From a virus: a DNA stretch of 64,000 nt. The position numbers and the translations under genes are program-made. Location of the stretch: positions 130,658 through 194,657 of IMG/VR virus record IMGVR_UViG_3300008448_000002, one strand, 5' to 3'. Below the pieces are notes generated by a model. It saw only the letters and a program-made list of their open reading frames with translations. It ran no database searches and was not told the DNA's origin. This document shows positions 58,096-64,000 of this stretch, in pieces. Numbering within the stretch: position 1 is the stretch's first letter; each line of letters opens with the position of its first letter.

Positions 58096-61071
58096 AAGAT
58101 TCATTAACTGTATAATATCAAGAATGTAATCATTCTGTTGTATAATAGGAATATTGAAACTATTTAATTTGTATTCTACTATCCACATAACAGTTTTTTC
58201 AATAAAAAATAATAATGAATCACGACATAAATCAGACAATTCATCTTTATAATCAGGGTGTAGTACATCTAGTTCATGTAATATATCTAATATTTGTGCT
58301 GGCGTTTTATTATTAAAGGTATTAAACGGTTTATATTCTTCTAATCCCGCTACATACTCAATCAGTCTCGGTATGACATCATCATATTTTAAATCTGAAT
58401 ACAAAGAATTACCAAAATTAGATAGTTTATCATCAAAGTATTCTTCAATAAACTCAAAATCCTTTAATTGTCTTTGATTAATCATAGAAGAATCAAAGTT
58501 TTTATACGTTATCTTACTATTATCTTCTAAATTATTCCTTAAACTATTGAAATAACTTGTATTTTCATTTTTCTTTTCTTTATGAAGTCGTTTTTCTTCT
58601 AATAATTGTTTCTGAAAAGCTCTCACTTCGGCTTCCCTTTCTCTTTTTTGTTTAATATCAGTAATATACACTACATTAGTTTTTTCTTTTGGTAAATCAA
58701 TAATTGATATATCCTGTAATGTATTGGCATCAAGATATTGTTTATCATTAACAATTTCCATAAAAAATGTCTCTACAATGCCAGAAACATGTCTGAATGG
58801 CATATTTTGCGACTTCTTATAATTCCAACAATCCTTATTATTAAAGCCAGAATCATAACCACTCCAAGGTTTACTTGAGTTTGGAGAGTTTTTTCTTTTT
58901 CTCATGCCAAAACTCATTTCTCTGATATATTTCTCCGCATGTAGTATCCCTTTTGTATAATCAACGGGTTGTTTAAACAGGATAATAATCTTAAACTTAT
59001 GTTTTCCCTCATTTAAACATGCCTTGGCAGATTGTCTATATCCATTACTAATGACTTTCCAATCTGTCTTATGACCAAAAGAACTATAGATAATATAGTT
59101 TGTATTAGTTTTCTTTAGATATTCTCTTGCCATATCAATAGTTAATGCTCCGCCATCAAACTCAATACAAAAACCACCTAGAGTGCCTGTATCTGCGTCA
59201 AATAATGAAAACTGACCATGACCTCCTTTTGATATTGAATGTATTGCGTCATTTTCTATATATAATCTATTATTTGATATAGATGTATTAAAACCTAAGA
59301 ATAATTCCTCTATTTCTCCATGTGTCAGATTGGTCTTCAATTTTGCGGGGGTTTTCTTACCATTAATAGGTTCAATAAATCCTATAGTACTTGGTGGATT
59401 ATCCAACCATTTATTTGGTTGATTATACCCTTGTGTATTTGTTAAAGGCATATAATTGGGATTACTTCTTAATTTGGCTAATAGCTCTTTTGCTTTTTGT
59501 TTACTAATTTCATCCCCCTTATTAATTAACTGGTCTTCACTATTATTACCAGTTTCGGTAGTTAAACAAGGATACAGGCTGCTTTCAAGACTTTTAAAGT
59601 TGCTGCGACTCTTCAAAAAAGCATCAAATAAAGATGTAATTTTAGATGCTTTTGAGGCAACATCCAGCAACTTTTTATCAAAGAAATTGCCTTCTTTATT
59701 CCATGATTCAACATCATGAGACAATTTTATTGTATTAACATTATCGTTGTTATCATTATCATAGAAGTGGGCAATTTTATTCGCCGTATCTCTATCACCT
59801 ACCAGAATCTTAACAGTACCAGACCAATCACTGTTTCTTAGCTTAATTCTATTGACCGATTGAAAAGTCATATCAAAGGATAATTCATTAAATAATACTT
59901 CCCTAGCATCATTGATTTCTAAACAATGTTCTACAAAGTCAATCATTCCTTCATCCGCATTTGTAATAGGAAGACAGGCAAAGTTATTAAAAGAATTATA
60001 TTTATTCAATCCATGTGTATGACATTTAATGCGAATACAATTCTTCAAAGGTTTTACCAACCATGAATTACTAAATCCTATCTTTTCATTATTCGCATTA
60101 AAAATAAACTCTTCACCATTGAAGAAATCATTAATGCTGTTGATGACTGATTTTCTGATAGTATAGTCTGTAATCTCACTAAACTTTTTCTTACTCAATC
60201 TGGCATGACTCAAATAGGCAATCTCAATTTTTTGGTTACTATTGACAGGTTTTGTAATCGGCAAATCATCAATATCTTGATACTCAACACAATCACTTAA
60301 TTTAATCCAGTTTACATTCCATGCTTTATAAATGAGGCGTAATTGTAGATTAGCACCCATTAATACAACATCTTTGAATCCTTCAAAAATTGTAGGTAAT
60401 AAGTATTGGTAAATTGATAACATCTTAGCTTTATTATCTTTTACATTATCAAACTGTTTACTGTTGACATATATCTCTTTATGAGAATTTTCTATAGTCT
60501 TAGATAGTTCTTTTAAAGGCAATATAAAGTCATTGTCATTCTTTGCCAGAACCTTCCTAAACGCTTTTGTATTGGGTTTTAACTGTGTATAACCACTATT
60601 ATTAATATGCTTAGAAGATGCTTTAACAGACTTTAAAAGGCTATTAAATAAGTCCATCTCAAAACCCATTCTTGATTTATTCATACCAAAGTTTAAATCA
60701 ACCTTATTAATCACATTCGGATATTCATCAACGAATAATTTATAAGAATCTTTGTTGGGAAGATTGCCACCCGATAATTCAAAGGTTTTAAATGTTGTGA
60801 TGATGATTTTCTTAACATTCATCATATTTACTTTTAAATGTTGTACTGTATTTTCTGTGGCATATAAATGTTTATTATCACTGTTGATAGTCTCAATACT
60901 ATCTAAACTAACATTCAAATTAATAAAGGATTGTGTAACCTGTTCGCATAATTCAATAGTTGGCAATACAATAAGATAATTGTGCCTTACTAGATTATTT
61001 ACAATATGATTAATTACTTGGGTGGTTTTGCCTGAACCTGGAATGCCAGAAAGATATTTAATATTTGTCAT
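58063..61071 (-). CDS. SF2-like helicase fused to a putative AEP-type primase domain
   Basis: GIPGSGKT, VLPT, FVDE and Q..NR.R in the N-terminal half; IEFDGG, IIYSSFGH and KFKIII in the C-terminal half. Confidence 0.6.
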   Translation of the reverse strand: MTNIKYLSGIPGSGKTTQVINHIVNNLVRHNYLIVLPTIELCEQVTQSFINLNVSLDSIETINSDNKHLYATENTVQHLKVNMMNVKKIIITTFKTFELSGGNLPNKDSYKLFVDEYPNVINKVDLNFGMNKSRMGFEMDLFNSLLKSVKASSKHINNSGYTQLKPNTKAFRKVLAKNDNDFILPLKELSKTIENSHKEIYVNSKQFDNVKDNKAKMLSIYQYLLPTIFEGFKDVVLMGANLQLRLIYKAWNVNWIKLSDCVEYQDIDDLPITKPVNSNQKIEIAYLSHARLSKKKFSEITDYTIRKSVINSINDFFNGEEFIFNANNEKIGFSNSWLVKPLKNCIRIKCHTHGLNKYNSFNNFACLPITNADEGMIDFVEHCLEINDAREVLFNELSFDMTFQSVNRIKLRNSDWSGTVKILVGDRDTANKIAHFYDNDNNDNVNTIKLSHDVESWNKEGNFFDKKLLDVASKASKITSLFDAFLKSRSNFKSLESSLYPCLTTETGNNSEDQLINKGDEISKQKAKELLAKLRSNPNYMPLTNTQGYNQPNKWLDNPPSTIGFIEPINGKKTPAKLKTNLTHGEIEELFLGFNTSISNNRLYIENDAIHSISKGGHGQFSLFDADTGTLGGFCIEFDGGALTIDMAREYLKKTNTNYIIYSSFGHKTDWKVISNGYRQSAKACLNEGKHKFKIIILFKQPVDYTKGILHAEKYIREMSFGMRKRKNSPNSSKPWSGYDSGFNNKDCWNYKKSQNMPFRHVSGIVETFFMEIVNDKQYLDANTLQDISIIDLPKEKTNVVYITDIKQKREREAEVRAFQKQLLEEKRLHKEKKNENTSYFNSLRNNLEDNSKITYKNFDSSMINQRQLKDFEFIEEYFDDKLSNFGNSLYSDLKYDDVIPRLIEYVAGLEEYKPFNTFNNKTPAQILDILHELDVLHPDYKDELSDLCRDSLLFFIEKTVMWIVEYKLNSFNIPIIQQNDYILDIIQLMNLEIKESNKKAA

Positions 61072-61180
61072 TTTTATTTACTTATCTAATTATATGTTTA
61101 ACTTAATAAGAAAATGTGTTAGCAAATTTCTTATTATATCTATTTAGTAATTGTATCAAAAAATTAAGTAAAATTCAATA

Positions 61181-61210
61181 AAAAAGACGGGTCTGTCTAA
61201 CACGACCCGT
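61181..61210 (-). terminator. Intrinsic terminator in the leader of the helicase-primase gene
   Basis: On the - strand: ACGGGTC-GTGTTAGACA-GACCCGT followed by CTTTTTT. Confidence 0.75.
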
Positions 61211-61366
61211 ATTATCTGAGGAAATATATTACTAACATATAATCGTGAAGTACAACGAGGATTATTTTAAATCCAAAAAATAATATACTATCAGATGAGT
61301 CTCAAACCCGTCTTTTTATCGTAATCTAGGTCAATCTTTAATAACAACTAGAACAACCTAATACTA

Positions 61367-61395
61367 TTTATATCAAAATTAATTCAATTTGTCAA
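61367..61395 (-). promoter_or_regulatory. sigma70-like promoter
   Basis: TTGACA-17 nt-TATAAA with a TGn extension. Confidence 0.7.
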
Positions 61396-61422
61396 CAAAA
61401 ATAAAATAATTGTAAAAAAAAT

Positions 61423-61447
61423 AAAAAGGGGCTAAAAAGCCCCCTTT
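61423..61447 (-). terminator. Intrinsic terminator
   Basis: On the - strand: GGGGGCT-TTTT-AGCCCCT followed by a T tract; nearly the same as the 4597-4620 terminator. Confidence 0.8.
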
Positions 61448-61538
61448 CACGTTAATACTTCTATTTTTTATTGCTAAAAACAAAAAATAGCAAAAAATAT
61501 TAACTTATATGTCGTATAGTATTTATAATAATTATTAT

Positions 61539-61760
61539 TTAAAGTGGAATATAACCCCATTTTAAATCTTGGTATGAATCTTTCTCTATTTTAATATCAT
61601 AACTATCCCAACCCGTAAATAATTTCCCCGATTCATAGTACATGATAAAGGTTTCATTAAAGTTATATGTCCCCACAATTTCAGTACCATCAGTTGGAGC
61701 ATTATCAATAGATAATTGCCAGTCAACTTTATTGGGATTAATTTTGTGTTTAGTAAGCAT
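61539..61760 (-). CDS. Small phage protein (DUF551-like W..I..AP.DGT motif)
   Basis: WQLSIDNAPTDGTEI; GGAG RBS; promoter at 61814-42. Confidence 0.6.
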   Translation of the reverse strand: MLTKHKINPNKVDWQLSIDNAPTDGTEIVGTYNFNETFIMYYESGKLFTGWDSYDIKIEKDSYQDLKWGYIPL

Positions 61761-61876
61761 AACTTTTAATTCTCCGTTTTGATATATCTGAAATCATTTT
61801 CAAATATTCTTGGTTAATACATTAATTATAAATTATTGTCAACAAGTAAATTATTACCTGTAAATAAAAAAATAAT

Positions 61877-62049
61877 TGGTGCGGTCTGGTCGCTACTCCA
61901 GATTGCTGCTTTAGGCGTGTAACAGGCACGTCATAAACGATTATTCTGTTTCTCTATGGCCACTTTAGGAGGTTCGCAACGTGTACTTCGTTCTTACCAG
62001 CCGTCAGCTATCCATTCCCTATATGTCTGCTTTCCACATTGCCGCACCA
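61877..62049 (-). ncRNA. Putative 173-nt structured RNA with tRNA-like ACCA 3' end
   Basis: Closed by TGGTGCGG/CCGCACCA; hairpin TCTGG-AGTAGCGA-CCAGA directly before CCGCACCA. Confidence 0.55.
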
Positions 62050-62142
62050 TTTGAGCATAGGCTTGCAATTTATACGCTATGGAATCAAACCATAAGAACG
62101 AGTACACTCGTTCGGCATTCAGCCCATCTACCTATGCTCAAA
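62050..62142 (-). ncRNA. Putative structured RNA / degenerate tRNA-like unit
   Basis: 12-bp terminal stem; T-arm-like TATGG-TTTGATT-CCATA and hairpin GAACGAG/CTCGTTC. Confidence 0.45.
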
Positions 62143-62183
62143 AAGAGCGGAATACAGTGCCAGTACACCACATATTAAAAAGT

Positions 62184-62270
62184 TGGTGCGGCAGAGTAGT
62201 CGTCACTACATACCGAATTGAACGGTGACAGGGCGTATACCCCCTATGACCACACAAATATACCGCACCA
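62184..62270 (-). ncRNA. Putative 87-nt structured RNA with ACCA 3' end
   Basis: Same TGGTGCGG/CCGCACCA closing stem; hairpin GTAGT-GACG-ACTAC near the 3' end. Confidence 0.5.
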
Positions 62271-62576
62271 ATTCAGTATAATACGTTCAGGATTTATTCC
62301 TACAAATTATACTGAATAAGAACGGTTGCCGATATAACGCTATCGGCGGTCGAGCCTAGACTATCCAATGTCATTTTACGGAATCGAACCGCTCCCTTGT
62401 CCTTGACCTCGGCTAACGAACAGGACTCACACCTGTCTACCTTTAAGTGTGTTACCACACCAATTTAATACTCTTGAATCATCAGCCCACTTAGATTCAA
62501 ATACCATCTTTCAGGTATACTTCGTAGGTACAGGCTTTATGTAAGTATTAAATTCGTGCGGTAATAATATTTCATG

Positions 62577-62665
62577 TTAAGCCTATCGGAAGGTTAATCC
62601 GAATCTCCATCTTTCTGTTATACAATGGCCACGAGGCGCACTACCAATTTGTGCTATAGACTTAA
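62577..62665 (-). ncRNA. Degenerate tRNA-like element (pseudo-tRNA)
   Basis: Acceptor AAGTCTA/TAGGCTT, canonical D-arm TA-GCAC-AAATTGGTA-GTGC, and a 5-bp/7-nt T-like arm; the anticodon stem does not pair and no CCA is encoded. Confidence 0.5.
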
Positions 62666-62754
62666 TAAACATACCCTACAATAATTATTTTCTCATGTCA
62701 ACATAAATATTCAAAAAATTATTATATTGAGAATATTTCATAATTATGTAATAC

Positions 62755-62762
62755 TATAAATA
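62755..62762 (+). promoter_or_regulatory. T4-late promoter TATAAATA
   Basis: Exact consensus upstream of a GAGGAG RBS and the 62784 start. Confidence 0.7.
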
Positions 62763-62783
62763 ACATAGAGGAGAAATCATCTC

Positions 62784-63197
62784 ATGAAACTAACCTTAAT
62801 ATTACTATTGATATTATTATCAAAAACAGCATATGCCGAACCAACAGTATTATCGGCAACACAATTAAGAACAATAATTGTAAATAATTCCTTAGTTTGG
62901 GATGATTCCGAAACAAATCAAAAACAATATTTTAATGATACTGCCCAAACTGTTGTAGACCATGATGGAACAGCAAAAGAAATGGGACAATGGACAGTAC
63001 CAGATGACGGTATACTGTGCTCCAAATGGGAAAGCGATGAAAGATGGAATTGTTTTGAGGTATCACAAGAATCAAATAAGATTTATTGGAAAGCTGTAAA
63101 AGATGGGACATCAAAAGGTGAAGGAGAACCAATAGTAGCTACCATGATACCAACAACACCCACCGAAACAGGAATTATTATATCGTTGGTAAAATAA
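62784..63197 (+). CDS. Exported protein with signal peptide (DUF995-like)
   Basis: MKLTLILLLILLSKTAYA-EP signal peptide; G.WTV...G.LC.KW....WNC motif. Confidence 0.7.
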   Translation: MKLTLILLLILLSKTAYAEPTVLSATQLRTIIVNNSLVWDDSETNQKQYFNDTAQTVVDHDGTAKEMGQWTVPDDGILCSKWESDERWNCFEVSQESNKIYWKAVKDGTSKGEGEPIVATMIPTTPTETGIIISLVK

Positions 63198-63273
63198 TAT
63201 TGATTAATTTTAGCATAAATGTAATAATAAGAAAAAAGGTAAAAATATGGCATTAATCAACAATTATTAAAGA

Positions 63274-63999
63274 TTAAACTTTACTAATTAGTCTCTCATT
63301 AGAGACATATTCCTGCTTCATAGATACATATCTTGTTTCAGTATGACTACTTACTTCTCCGATATTGGTATCTCCACAGGCACACCCTGACGTTGTATCA
63401 GTGTATTGATTTCTTATATTAATTGCGGCATTTAAATCTCTATCTATTGATATTCCACATGCGGAGCAATTATATATTCTATCACTTAATTTCAAGTCTT
63501 TGTTTACCCATCCACAACAAGAGCAGGTCTTGCTAGATGGATACCATTGACTTATTTCATGAACTTTCTTTGCTTTTTCTTTGAGTTTAGTCTTTAATAA
63601 ATACCAAGGCAATTTTTGAATGGAAGGTGCTAATTTCTTATTCGCCTTCATTCCCTTAATATTCAAATTTTCTAAAACAACTACATCGTATCTCTTGGTT
63701 ATCGTAGATACAAATAGTTCTATTTCTTTTTGTTTTCTTCTCCTTATTTGTTGGTGTTTTCTGGCTAATCTTAGTCTCGCCTTGTTCTTATTTTTACTAC
63801 CTTTTTGTTTTTTGGATAGTCTTCTACTTAATATTTTAAGTTGATATTCTCTTCTTTCTTGTTTTGATAAATCAAATGTATCACCATCACTAGTTATAGC
63901 AAAAGTTTTAATACCGACATCAATACCGACTTTATTATTGTGATTTATTTCTGGTTTTTCTTTATTGGGCAATTCACACAAAATAGAGGCATACCACAT
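63274..63999 (-). mobile_element. tnpB: TnpB (IS200/IS605/IS607-family) RNA-guided nuclease, 5' end outside the window
   Basis: RuvC-I GIDVG, RuvC-II VLENL, CSCCG...CSACG zinc finger and RuvC-III DRDLNAAINI. Confidence 0.92.
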
Positions 64000-64000
64000 A

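Noticed and set aside
61981-62178. 65-aa ORF in the structured region
   Set aside because: It has a GTG start, composition unlike the phage's genes, and crosses three stem units; it is more likely incidental.
61877-62270. CRISPR array based on the TGGTGCGG/CCGCACCA repeats
   Set aside because: The repeats are only 8 bp, inverted within each unit and irregularly spaced, and no cas genes are present.
61877-62665. Canonical tRNA genes
   Set aside because: No unit combines a paired anticodon stem with a 7-nt loop, a TTC T-loop and an acceptor stem; they are reported as tRNA-like only.
1-64000. Stop-codon recoding
   Set aside because: Conserved genes, including the 4174-aa ORF, are full length under the standard code and tile with short gaps.

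Overview
This is a 64-kb segment of an AT-rich (roughly 30% GC by eye), gene-dense jumbo myophage genome with T4-like modules, read in the standard genetic code. It contains a multi-domain ADP-ribosyltransferase-like (ART-PolyVal) protein cut by the left edge, two orphan DNA methyltransferases, a nucleotidyltransferase and a signal-peptide lytic transglycosylase. A + strand early/middle block encodes RNase H, a metallophosphoesterase, glutaredoxin, a MoxR AAA/VWA pair, RNA ligase 1, an R2K ATP-grasp, polynucleotide kinase-phosphatase and ThyX. A - strand tail/baseplate block encodes two tail fibres, a 4174-aa wedge protein, gp6 and gp25, followed by gp46/gp47 and a gp55-like late sigma factor. 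A + strand hub block encodes gp48-, gp53-, gp27- and gp5-like proteins, followed by an endolysin. Beyond that lie small paralogous ORFs, a 1002-aa helicase/primase-like protein, a non-coding region and a TnpB cut by the right edge. Promoters fall into two classes: sigma70-like TTGACA-N16/17-TAnnnT and T4-late-like NATAAATA. The most notable unexplained features are: (1) an ~800-bp GC-richer array of back-to-back closed stem units (61877-62665) with tRNA-like arms but no canonical tRNA; (2) a terminator/antiterminator switch upstream of the helicase-primase gene; (3) an ART polyprotein punctuated by I/L-T-E motifs resembling prohead-protease sites; (4) a 152-aa module present twice in one gene and again in a tail fibre; (5) a duplicated gp47 3' end serving as the translation start of inserted genes. 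All family assignments come from motif recognition; no searches were run.
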